DNA from: Escherichia coli
GTDB taxonomy: Bacteria > Pseudomonadota > Gammaproteobacteria > Enterobacterales > Enterobacteriaceae
Assembly (NCBI RefSeq): GCF_036507355.1
Contig: NZ_AP027877.1
Length of the DNA stretch: 64,000 bases
Direction: 5' to 3' (one strand)
The stretch's first letter is position 1. Each line of letters starts with the position of its first letter. Below, one piece after another: positions 26,652 through 42,361 of this stretch. The translations under genes were made by a program, and so were the position numbers. The notes beneath the pieces were generated by a model. It was not told the origin of the DNA, did no database searches, and worked only from the letters and a program-made list of their open reading frames with translations.

Positions 26652-28154
26652 TCAGTCGAGAGCCAGTTCAGGTTTGTTCGCCATGCGACTGCAATAGTTC
26701 TGGTAAATCGCCATCGCTAACAGCGAGAAGAAGACAGGGCCGCCAATCATCCACAATGTGCTGTCCCAGTCTCCGGCTTCAACCACAGGCTGAATAATGG
26801 TGAAGACGTTCGCAAATGTCACCACCAGAACGACAACCACCGTCGCAATCATTGCCGACATACGCGTTTTGAAAATCACAAATGGTCTGTCGAGATCCTG
26901 ACGTGCTTTAAAGAATGGGAAAGCCAGCGCGAGGAACAGGTAAGGAAGCGTCATAGACACGTTCGCCATCAGCGTCAGCTTGTTAAAGAACGCCGATGCG
27001 GTACCGCCACCAAACGAAACCAGCAGGATGAAAACAGTAACCAACCCGCACTGCATCCACATGGCGATAGACGGCATCCCCATCGCATTCAGGCGCGTCA
27101 TCGGTTCCGGCCACAACGCTTTCGGCGTCCCCTGGATGATGGCTTTCAGCGGTGAATAGCAAAGCGTAAAGAACGCACCGGTATAGGCGAGGAACATCGA
27201 AAGTCCGGTAATACGCGCAAACCATACGCCCAGCGACAATGACGCTTCAGGTGACAAATGCAGTGCGTTACCCAGCGTCACCCCGAGGCTCTTCATCAGC
27301 ACATAGGTAATATTGCCAAGGTTAACGGAACCATTACTTAATACCTGCTGCCAGTTTGTGCTGACGCCCCATAAAAATATTGCCAGCGAATAACCGATTG
27401 AAATAACAATAGCGGCAAAAACAATACCTTTGGCAAAGTTCTTTTCTGGATTTTCCGTTTTATCGACCAGACCACCAACCGCTTCAATTCCGCCATAGGC
27501 AAAAATAGCAAATACCACAAACGATAGCATTGCCAGACCGGACTGATAACCCGGGTTCGGTGATGCAAGGAAATTAATATCCTGCGCGAAATGCCCACCA
27601 TTTAATAACAAAATAGTAATGCTTACTAACAGCAATACTAAATTCAGACACATTACTGCAATACCGCCCACCGCAGTAATGCGGGCAATTTTATTAATCC
27701 CCTTAGAAGCAACGACGGTGACCAGAATCATCCATGCCACTGCCAGCAGACCAACCACCTGCGTAGGCTCCAGTCCGGCAATACGCCAGTGCTGGGTCAT
27801 GTCGCTACCATAGAGGAATGTTGAGAACGGTACCCAAACTTTCGCGGAGGTACTCACCATCCAGATGATATAAGAGGAAAACCACATAAACGTACCAATG
27901 AAGGCAAAACGTGGTCCGACACTATTATTCATCCAGGAATAGATACCACCTTCTTCTTTGCGATAAGCAGCTCCCATTTCAGCCATCATTAAGGCGAATG
28001 GAATAAAGAATAACAATGCAGAAAATATATAAAAGGGAATCGCACTATAACCCATTAAGTAATAAGCCGATGGGCTATTGGCAAATCCAAATACGGAAGT
28101 AAAGATCATCAATATGAGTCCTATCAGACTCATCTTTTTTATCGTGTGAGGCAT
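26652..28154 (-). CDS. yjeM: Inner-membrane APC-family transporter YjeM
   Basis: Track ORF trimmed to the ATG at 28154 (MPHTIKKMSLIGLILMIFTSVFG..., 500 aa); polytopic membrane protein. Confidence 0.88.
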   Translation of the reverse strand: MPHTIKKMSLIGLILMIFTSVFGFANSPSAYYLMGYSAIPFYIFSALLFFIPFALMMAEMGAAYRKEEGGIYSWMNNSVGPRFAFIGTFMWFSSYIIWMVSTSAKVWVPFSTFLYGSDMTQHWRIAGLEPTQVVGLLAVAWMILVTVVASKGINKIARITAVGGIAVMCLNLVLLLVSITILLLNGGHFAQDINFLASPNPGYQSGLAMLSFVVFAIFAYGGIEAVGGLVDKTENPEKNFAKGIVFAAIVISIGYSLAIFLWGVSTNWQQVLSNGSVNLGNITYVLMKSLGVTLGNALHLSPEASLSLGVWFARITGLSMFLAYTGAFFTLCYSPLKAIIQGTPKALWPEPMTRLNAMGMPSIAMWMQCGLVTVFILLVSFGGGTASAFFNKLTLMANVSMTLPYLFLALAFPFFKARQDLDRPFVIFKTRMSAMIATVVVVLVVTFANVFTIIQPVVEAGDWDSTLWMIGGPVFFSLLAMAIYQNYCSRMANKPELALD

Positions 28155-28372
28155 GAAACCATCCTTCATTTCAGCGCGTGTATAAAACGCGCCCACTGAA
28201 CTGCACTGCCCAACATTGAGCGGGCAGCGTAAAAACCAATACAGAATTGATACCTGGATGATATCAAATATCCAGTCTTAAATTGTGGCCTTTAACAGAA
28301 AAATGAAAACATATGCTACAGAATGGCGCTTATCACGCCATTCTTCGCTGTTAATTCAGTAATTTTTCAGAA

Positions 28373-29350
28373 TTATGCCCGGTCAACGCTAAAGGCGATG
28401 ACTTCAGCCAGTGTCTCCGCGCCCAGCGCCAACATCACCAGACGATCAACGCCTAATGCCACGCCGGAACAGTCAGGCATACCGACTTTCAAGGCTTCAA
28501 TCAGATTCTGGTCAATGGGGTGCTGCGGCAAACCGCGCACCGCGCGCTTACGGTTATCTTGTTCAAAGCGTTGTTGCTGCTCACGGGCATCCGTCAATTC
28601 ATGGAAACCATTCGCCAGCTCAATACCTTTATAATAAACCTCAAAGCGTTCAGCGACCCGATGATCTTCGGTACTGATTTGCGCCAGTGATGCCTGGCTG
28701 GCTGGAAAGTGGTACACAAAGGTCGGTTTTTCTTTACCAATATTTGGCTCTACGCCAAAGGTAAACAGCAATTGTAGCAACGTGTCGCGGTCTTCTTCGG
28801 TATCAGCAACATTGCTCAAATCCAGTTTCGCTGCCACTTCCCGCAGTTGCGTTTTGTCGGCAGAGAGCGGGTCAATTTCCAGATAACGCAAGAAAGCTTG
28901 TTGATAAGAAAGGCTTTCTGCTGCCGGGCAGTCCAGCACTTGTTGTAAGAGATCGTCCACCTCGTTCATCAACCGGTACATATCATAGTGCGGTCGATAC
29001 CACTCAAGCATAGTGAACTCAGGGTTGTGATAACGCCCCATCTCTTCATTACGGAAGCTGCGGCACAGCTGGAATACCGGCCCACAACCAGCAACCAGCA
29101 GGCGTTTCATATGGTATTCCGGGCTGGTCATTAACCAGAGATTCATCCCCTGCGAATGCCCGGGGCCAACGAAACGTGTCTCAAACGGGACCAAATGAAT
29201 ATCGGTTACCGTCGCCTGGCTCATACAAGGCGTCTCCACCTCCAGCACTCCACGATCGGCAAAGAAACGACGGATCTCCGCCATAATCGCCGCGCGTTTT
29301 AATAAGTTAGGAATGGATGCGCTCGGCTGCCAGGATGCCGTTTCGCTCAT
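28373..29350 (-). CDS. epmA: EF-P lysine-34 lysyltransferase EpmA (PoxA/GenX)
   Basis: Track ORF trimmed to the ATG at 29350 ([30 protein letters not shown]..., 325 aa); class II aaRS-like catalytic core. Confidence 0.93.
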   Translation of the reverse strand: MSETASWQPSASIPNLLKRAAIMAEIRRFFADRGVLEVETPCMSQATVTDIHLVPFETRFVGPGHSQGMNLWLMTSPEYHMKRLLVAGCGPVFQLCRSFRNEEMGRYHNPEFTMLEWYRPHYDMYRLMNEVDDLLQQVLDCPAAESLSYQQAFLRYLEIDPLSADKTQLREVAAKLDLSNVADTEEDRDTLLQLLFTFGVEPNIGKEKPTFVYHFPASQASLAQISTEDHRVAERFEVYYKGIELANGFHELTDAREQQQRFEQDNRKRAVRGLPQHPIDQNLIEALKVGMPDCSGVALGVDRLVMLALGAETLAEVIAFSVDRA

Positions 29351-29528
29351 AGTTAAATCTCCAGTTTTTGACAAGGGCACGAAGTCTACTCGCAACGCGA
29401 CGGCGAGACAAATTTTACGCAGGAATCAAACAGCGGTGGGCAGTAACTAAAAAAAGCACGATCTGATGGTTTAGTAATTAAATTAATCATCTTCAGTGAT
29501 AATTTAGCCCTCTTGCGCACTAAAAAAA

Positions 29529-29569
29529 TCGATCTCGTCAAATTTCAGACTTATCCATCAGACTATACT
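29529..29569 (+). promoter_or_regulatory. frdA promoter region: FNR-like site (tcgatctcgtcaaa) and -10 tatact
   Basis: Near-palindromic FNR half-sites at 29529-29542 about 22 bp upstream of tatact at 29564-29569; frdA GTG at 29675. Confidence 0.45.
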
Positions 29570-29674
29570 GTTGTACCTATAAAGGAGCAGTGGAATAGCG
29601 TTCGCAGACCGTAACTTTCAGGCACTTACCCTGAAGTACGGGGCTGTGGGATAAAAACAATCTGGAGGAATGTC

Positions 29675-31475
29675 GTGCAAACCTTTCAAGCCGATCTTGC
29701 CATTGTAGGCGCCGGTGGCGCGGGATTACGTGCTGCAATTGCTGCCGCGCAGGCAAATCCGAATGCAAAAATCGCACTAATCTCAAAAGTATACCCGATG
29801 CGTAGCCATACCGTTGCTGCAGAAGGGGGCTCCGCCGCTGTCGCGCAGGATCATGACAGCTTCGAATATCACTTTCACGATACAGTAGCGGGTGGCGACT
29901 GGTTGTGTGAGCAGGATGTCGTGGATTATTTCGTCCACCACTGCCCAACCGAAATGACCCAACTGGAACTGTGGGGATGCCCATGGAGCCGTCGCCCGGA
30001 TGGTAGCGTCAACGTACGTCGCTTCGGCGGCATGAAAATCGAGCGTACCTGGTTCGCCGCCGATAAGACCGGCTTCCATATGCTGCACACGCTGTTCCAG
30101 ACCTCTCTGCAATTCCCGCAGATCCAGCGTTTTGACGAACATTTCGTGCTGGATATTCTGGTTGATGATGGTCATGTTCGCGGCTTGGTAGCAATGAACA
30201 TGATGGAAGGCACGCTGGTGCAGATCCGTGCTAACGCGGTCGTTATGGCTACTGGCGGTGCGGGTCGCGTTTATCGTTACAACACCAACGGCGGCATCGT
30301 TACCGGTGACGGTATGGGTATGGCGCTAAGCCACGGCGTTCCGCTGCGTGACATGGAATTCGTTCAGTATCACCCAACCGGTCTGCCAGGTTCCGGTATC
30401 CTGATGACCGAAGGTTGCCGCGGTGAAGGCGGTATTCTGGTCAACAAAAATGGCTACCGTTATCTGCAAGATTACGGCATGGGCCCGGAAACTCCGCTGG
30501 GCGAGCCGAAAAACAAATATATGGAACTGGGTCCACGCGACAAAGTTTCTCAGGCCTTCTGGCACGAATGGCGTAAAGGCAACACCATCTCCACGCCGCG
30601 TGGTGATGTGGTTTATCTCGACCTGCGTCACCTCGGCGAGAAAAAACTGCATGAACGTCTGCCGTTCATCTGCGAACTGGCGAAAGCGTACGTTGGCGTC
30701 GATCCGGTTAAAGAACCGATTCCGGTACGTCCGACCGCACACTACACCATGGGCGGTATCGAAACCGATCAGAACTGTGAAACCCGCATTAAAGGTCTGT
30801 TCGCCGTGGGTGAATGTTCCTCTGTTGGTCTGCACGGTGCAAACCGTCTGGGCTCCAACTCCCTGGCGGAACTGGTGGTCTTCGGCCGTCTGGCCGGTGA
30901 ACAAGCGACAGAGCGTGCAGCAACTGCCGGTAATGGCAACGAAGCGGCAATTGAAGCGCAGGCAGCTGGCGTTGAACAACGTCTGAAAGATCTGGTTAAC
31001 CAGGATGGCGGCGAAAACTGGGCGAAGATCCGCGACGAAATGGGCCTGGCTATGGAAGAAGGCTGCGGTATCTACCGTACGCCGGAACTGATGCAGAAAA
31101 CCATCGACAAGCTGGCAGAGCTGCAGGAACGCTTCAAGCGCGTGCGCATCACCGACACTTCCAGCGTGTTCAACACCGACCTGCTCTACACCATTGAACT
31201 GGGCCACGGTCTGAACGTTGCTGAATGTATGGCGCACTCCGCAATGGCACGTAAAGAGTCCCGCGGCGCACACCAGCGTCTGGACGAAGGTTGCACCGAG
31301 CGTGACGACGTCAACTTCCTCAAACACACCCTCGCCTTCCGCGATGCTGATGGCACGACTCGCCTGGAGTACAGCGACGTGAAGATTACTACGCTACCGC
31401 CAGCTAAACGCGTTTACGGTGGCGAAGCGGATGCAGCCGATAAGGCGGAAGCAGCCAATAAGAAGGAGAAGGCGA

Positions 31476-31483
<8 letters not shown>
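29675..31483 (+). CDS. frdA: Fumarate reductase flavoprotein subunit
   Basis: 602-aa [24 protein letters not shown]... (FAD-binding GxGxxG); GTG start. Confidence 0.97.
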
Positions 31484-32616
<1,133 letters not shown>

Positions 32617-32626
32617 GGAGCCTGAG

Positions 32627-34182
<1,556 letters not shown>

Positions 34183-34270
34183 AATTTCATCGGGTCCGAA
34201 TTTTCGGACCTTTTCTCCGCTTTTCCTTGCTGTCATCTACACTTAGAAAAAAACCAGTAAGGAAACATTT

Positions 34271-34804
34271 ATGCGCCTGCTCCCTCTCGTTGCCGCAGCG
34301 ACAGCTGCATTTCTGGTCGTTGCCTGCAGTTCTCCTACGCCGCCGCGTGGCGTGACCGTAGTGAATAATTTCGACACCAAACGTTATCTCGGTACCTGGT
34401 ATGAGATTGCCCGTTTTGATCACCGCTTTGAACGTGGACTGGAAAAAGTCACCGCAACATACAGCCTGCGTGATGACGGCGGCCTGAATGTCATTAATAA
34501 AGGCTATAGCCCTGACAGAGGAATGTGGCAGCAGAGTGAAGGGAAAGCGTACTTTACCGGCGCACCAACTCGCGCTGCGCTGAAAGTGTCATTCTTTGGT
34601 CCTTTCTATGGCGGTTATAACGTTATTGCACTCGATCGGGAATACCACCATGCGCTGGTTTGCGGCCCGGACCGCGACTACCTGTGGATACTCTCCCGCA
34701 CGCCAACCATTTCTGACGAAGTGAAACAGGAGATGCTGGCAGTCGCGACCCGGGAAGGGTTTGATGTCAGTAAGTTTATTTGGGTACAGCAGCCCGGTAG
34801 TTAA
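34271..34804 (+). CDS. blc: Outer-membrane lipocalin Blc
   Basis: 177-aa ORF with lipoprotein signal (LVVACSS). Confidence 0.93.
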   Translation: MRLLPLVAAATAAFLVVACSSPTPPRGVTVVNNFDTKRYLGTWYEIARFDHRFERGLEKVTATYSLRDDGGLNVINKGYSPDRGMWQQSEGKAYFTGAPTRAALKVSFFGPFYGGYNVIALDREYHHALVCGPDRDYLWILSRTPTISDEVKQEMLAVATREGFDVSKFIWVQQPGS

Positions 34805-35118
34805 TGAGTGCTGAGTTTCAGACCAATAATCCCCAATACGATTAACGCCAGACTCGCCAGGCGCATCGGGTTAGCGGACTCACCGAGCAGCACAATGCCG
34901 GTGATGGCCGCGCCGACTGCGCCAATCCCCGTCCACACGGCATAAGCCGTTCCAACCGGTAACGATTTCATCGCCCAGGCAAGTAGCGCCATACTGACAA
35001 TCATCGCCGTCACGGTAATAACACTTGGCGTCAAACGACTAAAGCCGTGGGTATATTTCAGGCCAACGGCCCATACCACTTCCAGCAGACCAGCAATAAC
35101 TAAGATAATCCAGGACAT
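34801..35118 (-). CDS. gdx: SMR-family guanidinium exporter Gdx (SugE)
   Basis: ATG at 35118 ([22 protein letters not shown]..., 105 aa), four TM helices; stop overlaps the blc stop (convergent). Confidence 0.9.
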   Translation of the reverse strand: MSWIILVIAGLLEVVWAVGLKYTHGFSRLTPSVITVTAMIVSMALLAWAMKSLPVGTAYAVWTGIGAVGAAITGIVLLGESANPMRLASLALIVLGIIGLKLSTH

Positions 35119-35298
35119 ATCAGGCTCCGGAGAATTGGGGCCGTCCCCGGTGAAAAGAGGCGTTTGCAGGTCGTCCTGCAAAGCTGATGGTTGAACGGAT
35201 ATTTTGCCAGGTGGCAGAGGAATTTCAACTATTACCTTTGTGACTATCGCAAAAAAACAAACGGCACGACACAGCTGTCGTACCGTTATTGCTTATTG

Positions 35299-35445
35299 CT
35301 ATTGCTGCGCTTTCGTTGCTGCGCCAGAAATCGCGTTACCGCCATCAGAAATGTCTTCACCAACGCCACGCGTGGTGTTGCAGGCAGTTAATACTGTTGA
35401 AAGCACCAGAACAGAAAAGATCGCTGCAATTGTCTTCTTCACCAT
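35299..35445 (-). CDS. ecnB: Entericidin B lipoprotein
   Basis: Hand-translated 48-aa [51 protein letters not shown] (lipobox LTAC); absent from the ORF track because it is under 60 aa. Confidence 0.85.
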
Positions 35446-35556
35446 AACGTCTTCCTTTTAGGTAATGTTATTTATGTTTGCCTATAGCAAATTAATAATA
35501 GACAACATCGCCAAAAATGATGGAAATCTGATGATTTTTCGGAAGAGAAGAAGAAT

Positions 35557-35682
35557 TAGCTGGCAGCGCGGGAGATGGAGTTGCCGAGATGTTTGATGTC
35601 TTCGCCGAAACCGCGAGCGGTGTTACAGCCCGTGAGCAGCGTGCTGGCAAGCAAAACAAGAACGATAAGGCGTTTCATCATC
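35557..35682 (-). CDS. ecnA: Entericidin A lipoprotein (antidote to EcnB)
   Basis: Hand-translated ORF from the ATG-ATG at 35682: [19 protein letters not shown]... (lipobox LTGC), 41 aa, stop TAA at 35557-35559. Confidence 0.8.
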
Positions 35683-35732
35683 TCTGACCTGAATAAGTGA
35701 TGGTGCAGCCTGCAGGCCGCACCACAACCGCA

Positions 35733-36299
35733 TTACTTCACGCGAGAGACGTATTCACCAGAGCGGGTATCCACTTTGATGACTTCGCCGATTTGTACGA
35801 ACAGCGGAACTTTAACCACAGCGCCAGTAGACAGGGTAGCCGGTTTGCCGCCAGTACCTGCGGTATCACCTTTCAGGCCCGGATCGGTATCAACGATTTC
35901 CAGTTCAACGAAGTTCGGCGGAGTAACGGAGATCGGCTGACCATTCCACAGAGTTACGATACACTCTGCCTGATCCAGCAGCCATTTAGCGTTGTCGCCA
36001 ATTGCTTTTGCGTCAGCAGACAGCTGCTCGAAAGTTTCGTTGTTCATGAAGTGCCAGAACTCACCGTCGTTGTACAGGTAAGTCAGGTTCATATCGACAA
36101 CATCAGCGCCTTCAGCGGAATCAGTAGATTTGAAGGTTTTTTCTACGCGAGTACCGGTCAGCAGACGACGCAGTTTAACGCGAGCAAATGCCTGGCCTTT
36201 ACCCGGTTTTACGAATTCACTCGCTTCAACCGCGTAAGGTTCGCCGTCTAACATGATTTTAAGACCAGCACGAAAATCGTTGCTATAGTACGTTGCCAT
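35733..36299 (-). CDS. efp: Elongation factor P
   Basis: 188-aa [27 protein letters not shown]... with the modified-lysine loop KPGKGQA. Confidence 0.97.
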
Positions 36300-36340
36300 A
36301 AGGCCCTCTGAAATTTGTTAATTGGTAGCTAAGCCACAAA

Positions 36341-37369
36341 ATGGCGCATATTGTAACCCTAAATACCCCATCCAGAGAAGATTGGTTAACGCAACTTGCC
36401 GATGTTGTGACCGATCCTGATGAACTTCTGCGTCTTTTGAATATAGACGCGGACGAAAAACTGTTGGCCGGACGCAGCGCCAAAAAGCTGTTTGCCCTGC
36501 GTGTGCCCCGCTCATTTATCGATCGCATGGAGAAAGGCAATCCGGACGATCCTCTTTTGCGTCAGGTACTTACCTCGCAAGATGAGTTTGTCGTCGCACC
36601 CGGATTCTCCACCGACCCACTGGAAGAACAGCACAGCGTAGTGCCTGGTTTGTTGCATAAATACCACAACCGGGCGCTTTTGCTGGTCAAAGGCGGCTGC
36701 GCGGTAAATTGCCGCTATTGCTTCCGTCGTCACTTCCCTTATGCCGAAAATCAGGGCAACAAGCGTAACTGGCAAACTGCACTTGAGTATGTTGCTGCGC
36801 ATCCGGAACTGGACGAGATGATTTTCTCCGGCGGCGATCCGCTGATGGCGAAAGATCACGAGCTGGACTGGTTGCTCACACAACTGGAAGCCATCCCGCA
36901 TATCAAACGTCTGCGGATTCACAGTCGTCTGCCGATTGTGATCCCGGCACGCATCACAGATGCGCTGGTTGAACGCTTTTCACATTCTACGCTGCAAATC
37001 TTGCTGGTGAATCACATCAACCATGCCAATGAGATAGATGAAACATTCCGTCAGGCGATGGCTAAGTTGCGCCGGGTAGGCGTTACTTTGCTGAACCAGA
37101 GCGTTCTGTTACGTGGTGTGAACGATAACGCACAAACGCTGGCAAACCTGAGTAATGCGTTGTTCGATGCCGGCGTAATGCCGTATTACCTGCATGTGCT
37201 CGATAAAGTACAGGGCGCGGCGCATTTTATGGTGAGTGATGACGAAGCACGGCAGATTATGCGTGAGTTGCTGACACTGGTATCGGGATATCTGGTGCCG
37301 AAACTGGCGCGAGAAATTGGCGGCGAACCCAGCAAAACGCCGCTGGATCTCCAGCTACGCCAGCAGTAA
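36341..37369 (+). CDS. epmB: EF-P beta-lysylation enzyme EpmB (lysine 2,3-aminomutase, YjeK)
   Basis: 342-aa ORF with radical-SAM motif CAVNCRYC; divergent from efp across a 41-bp spacer. Confidence 0.94.
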   Translation: MAHIVTLNTPSREDWLTQLADVVTDPDELLRLLNIDADEKLLAGRSAKKLFALRVPRSFIDRMEKGNPDDPLLRQVLTSQDEFVVAPGFSTDPLEEQHSVVPGLLHKYHNRALLLVKGGCAVNCRYCFRRHFPYAENQGNKRNWQTALEYVAAHPELDEMIFSGGDPLMAKDHELDWLLTQLEAIPHIKRLRIHSRLPIVIPARITDALVERFSHSTLQILLVNHINHANEIDETFRQAMAKLRRVGVTLLNQSVLLRGVNDNAQTLANLSNALFDAGVMPYYLHVLDKVQGAAHFMVSDDEARQIMRELLTLVSGYLVPKLAREIGGEPSKTPLDLQLRQQ

Positions 37370-37400
37370 CTGATTAAACAGGGAAGTCAAACATTAAAAT

Positions 37401-37501
<101 letters not shown>

Positions 37502-37681
37502 AGAGCAACAAACGCAAGTACAGCAACCTGTCATTAAACTGGGAAATTTAATCTTTGCCCGTTGCATAACCTTTAATTATTCATATGCATTGCTGTTGTT
37601 ACTCTTTATATAACTAACACCAATAAGGTGATGCTGCCAACTTACTGATTTAGTGTATGATGGTGTTTTTGAGGTGCTCCA

Positions 37682-37957
37682 GTGGCTTCTGTTTCTATCA
37701 GCTGTCCCTCCTGTTCAGCTACTGACGGGGTGGTGCGTAACGGCAAAAGCACCGCCGGACATCAGCGCTATCTCTGCTCTCACTGCCGTAAAACATGGCA
37801 ACTGCAGTTCACTTACACCGCTTCTCAACCCGGTACGCACCAGAAAATCATTGATATGGCCATGAATGGCGTTGGATGCCGGGCAACAGCCCGCATTATG
37901 GGCATTGGCCTCAACACGATTTTACGTCACTTAAAAAACTCAGGCCGCAGTCGGTAA
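37682..37957 (+). CDS. insA: IS1 InsA (transposition inhibitor / N-terminal part of the InsAB' transposase)
   Basis: 91-aa [43 protein letters not shown]... (zinc finger plus HTH). Confidence 0.92.
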   Translation: MASVSISCPSCSATDGVVRNGKSTAGHQRYLCSHCRKTWQLQFTYTASQPGTHQKIIDMAMNGVGCRATARIMGIGLNTILRHLKNSGRSR

Positions 37958-38379
37958 CCTCGCGCATACAGCCGGGCAGTGACGTCATCGTCTGCGCGGA
38001 AATGGACGAACAGTGGGGCTATGTCGGGGCTAAATCGCGCCAGCGCTGGCTGTTTTACGCGTATGACAGGCTCCGGAAGACGGTTGTTGCGCACGTATTC
38101 GGTGAACGCACGATGGCGACGCTGGGGCGTCTTATGAGCCTGCTGTCACCCTTTGACGTGGTGATATGGATGACGGATGGCTGGCCGCTGTATGAATCCC
38201 GCCTGAAGGGAAAGCTGCACGTAATCAGCAAGCGATATACGCAGCGAATTGAGCGGCATAACCTGAATCTGAGGCAGCACCTGGCACGGCTGGGACGGAA
38301 GTCGCTGTCGTTCTCAAAATCGGTGGAGCTGCATGACAAAGTCATCGGGCATTATCTGAACATAAAACACTATCAATAA
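37876..38379 (+). CDS. insB: IS1 InsB reading frame (expressed as InsAB' after a -1 frameshift)
   Basis: -1 frame relative to insA; [16 protein letters not shown]...DDE-type catalytic region, 167 aa. Confidence 0.9.
   Translation: MPGNSPHYGHWPQHDFTSLKKLRPQSVTSRIQPGSDVIVCAEMDEQWGYVGAKSRQRWLFYAYDRLRKTVVAHVFGERTMATLGRLMSLLSPFDVVIWMTDGWPLYESRLKGKLHVISKRYTQRIERHNLNLRQHLARLGRKSLSFSKSVELHDKVIGHYLNIKHYQ
37933..37939 (+). other. IS1 programmed -1 ribosomal frameshift site (AAAAAAC)
   Basis: A6C heptamer in the insA/insB overlap. Confidence 0.6.
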
Positions 38380-38540
38380 GTTGGAGTCATTACCCACCAA
38401 TAATTAACCTTTCTTTTCTGTTTATATAGAGTGAGTACGGCTATTTATGTTATTTTAACAACTATTACTACCAAGCCCATTTATCTGGCTTATAAATTAA
38501 AATTAATTATTTAATTGAGAAATGGTTAGGGAGAACCTAC

Positions 38541-39410
38541 ATGGCCATAAGCATCAAGGGTGTTAATACCGGTGTTATTCGCAAGAGTAATAATTTCATT
38601 GCACTGGCGCTGAAAATTAAAGAACCTCGCAATAAAGAATCGTTGTTCTTTATGTCTGTCATGGAACTGCGCGACCTGCTGATTGCGCTGGAAAGTCGTC
38701 TGCATCAAAAGCATAAACTGGATGCTGCTGCACGCCTTCAGTATGAGCAAGCTCGCGATAAAGTCATTAAGAAAATGGCAGAAAACATCCCAGAAATTCT
38801 GGTTGATGAGCTTAAAAATGCCGATATTAATCGTCGGGTTAACACGCTGGAACTTACCGATAATCAAGGCGAAAATCTTACCTTCGTATTAACGCTACAT
38901 GACGGTAGCAAATGTGAGTTAGTCGTCAATGAATTGCAGATTGAAATGCTGGCGCGAGCAATCATTCATGCAATTAATAATGCAGAAATGCGCGAACTGG
39001 CATTACGTATTACCTCACTGTTAGATTTCCTGCCGTTATACGACGTTGACTGCCAGGAAAATGGCAATCTGGAATATGACACCTATTCCCAACCGGAATG
39101 GAAACATAACTTGTTCGACCATTATCTGGCGGTGCTTTACCGCTTTAAAGATGAAAGTGGCAAAGAACAATTTAGCGGCGCAGTGGTGAAAACGCGTGAA
39201 GCAACGCCGGGTAAAGAAATAGAGGCGATCACTCGCCGAATGCTTGATTTCAGCCCACGACTGAAAAAACTCGTGGGTGTGCCATGTCAGGTCTATGTTC
39301 GCACCGTAGCGGCGAATAACGCCCAACCGCTAACCCAGGATCAATGCTTACGCGCGCTGCATCACTTACGTGTTCAATCCACCAGCAAAACTGCACCACA
39401 GGCGAAATAA
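38541..39410 (+). CDS. yjeJ: Uncharacterised protein YjeJ
   Basis: 289-aa ORF MAISIKGVNTGVIRKSNNFIALALKIKEPRN...; AT-rich codon usage. Confidence 0.8.
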   Translation: MAISIKGVNTGVIRKSNNFIALALKIKEPRNKESLFFMSVMELRDLLIALESRLHQKHKLDAAARLQYEQARDKVIKKMAENIPEILVDELKNADINRRVNTLELTDNQGENLTFVLTLHDGSKCELVVNELQIEMLARAIIHAINNAEMRELALRITSLLDFLPLYDVDCQENGNLEYDTYSQPEWKHNLFDHYLAVLYRFKDESGKEQFSGAVVKTREATPGKEIEAITRRMLDFSPRLKKLVGVPCQVYVRTVAANNAQPLTQDQCLRALHHLRVQSTSKTAPQAK

Positions 39411-39477
39411 TCTCATCTTTGCTAATGCGAGGCTGGAGCCATCCAGCCTGAAATGACTGATAACGTGATCGTTGGTC

Positions 39478-39580
<103 letters not shown>

Positions 39581-39602
39581 TTATACGTTTGTCACCATCA
39601 CA

Positions 39603-39956
39603 TCAGTTCGGGCACTTATAAACCTGACCGATAATCTGGCTATCCGTCGGGACAAAACTGGACAACATTCCCTGCGACGGGCTGCTGATGCCATAAATCA
39701 CGTTACCGCCCATTGCAGCCGCCTGGTTGCGCAGATCGTTTGCTGCGCCGCGCATAGAACCGCCTTCTTCTCCGTGTTGCCCGGAAAGCCAGTTGCTTTG
39801 CTTACCTGTCGCAGTACCAATCAGCTGGCACTCTGCGCCTGGCTGCTCGTCCACAATGCGTACACTCTGACCGGCAGCACTCAATTCGTTGCTGGAGCTA
39901 CAACCCGCCATCAGTAGCGCGGCACCGACAATCCCTGCTAAGTATTTTACGTGCAT
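39603..39956 (-). CDS. yjeI: Lipoprotein YjeI (DUF4156)
   Basis: ATG at 39956 (MHVKYLAGIVGAALLMAGCSSS..., 117 aa), lipobox LMAGC. Confidence 0.85.
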   Translation of the reverse strand: MHVKYLAGIVGAALLMAGCSSSNELSAAGQSVRIVDEQPGAECQLIGTATGKQSNWLSGQHGEEGGSMRGAANDLRNQAAAMGGNVIYGISSPSQGMLSSFVPTDSQIIGQVYKCPN

Positions 39957-40034
39957 GTTATTCCCCATAATCAATGAGCTGGACGCCACTCGCGTCGTCC
40001 GTGTCTGAATCTTATACTAGAAAGATGACCAAAA

Positions 40035-40075
40035 GAAAAACCCCCAGACATTTCTGCCCGGGGGTTTGTTTATTT
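40035..40075 (-). terminator. Probable groESL intrinsic terminator
   Basis: Minus-strand reading aaacccccgggcagaaatgtctgggggtttttctttt immediately downstream of the groL stop: GC-rich hairpin followed by a U-run. Confidence 0.45.
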
Positions 40076-40093
40076 CTGCGAGGTGCAGGGCAA

Positions 40094-41761
<1,668 letters not shown>

Positions 41762-41792
41762 TTAAATTCGTATGTTCAGTGTCGTGCGAGGA

Positions 41793-42137
<345 letters not shown>

Positions 42138-42159
42138 TTACGTGGTTTCCCGGCTGGTG

Positions 42160-42200
42160 ACCAGAGAAATGGGGATGAGGCTTCGCCCCTTCAAGGGGGA
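42160..42200 (-). promoter_or_regulatory. sigma-32 heat-shock promoter of groESL (-35 CTTGAA, -10 CCCCATTT)
   Basis: Minus-strand reading TTTCCCCCTTGAAGGGGCGAAGCC...CCCCATTTCTCTGGTCAC; 15-bp spacer. Confidence 0.6.
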
Positions 42201-42361
42201 AAAAGAAAAAAAATTCTGATCAGCACAAAATCGGGTGAAAACCCTGATTCACCTCACATTTCATCGCAATTTCTTCATCGCCGTCATAAGCGAATCTGAT
42301 TGTGCTACCATCGAAAATCTACGCAGTTGCCCAAAATTTGGGCGTAATCGGACATCAACCC

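Larger units (their letters stand above)
37627..38394 (+). mobile_element. IS1 insertion sequence (768 bp) with imperfect terminal inverted repeats
   Basis: Ends GGTGATGCTGCCAACTTACTGAT... and ...AAGTTGGAGTCATTACC; flanked by the 9-bp direct repeat caccaataa (37618-37626 and 38395-38403). Confidence 0.95.

Noticed and set aside
30326-31327. 333-aa minus-strand ORF antisense to frdA
   Set aside because: Fully inside frdA on the opposite strand; no recognisable domain or ribosome-binding site; shadow ORF.
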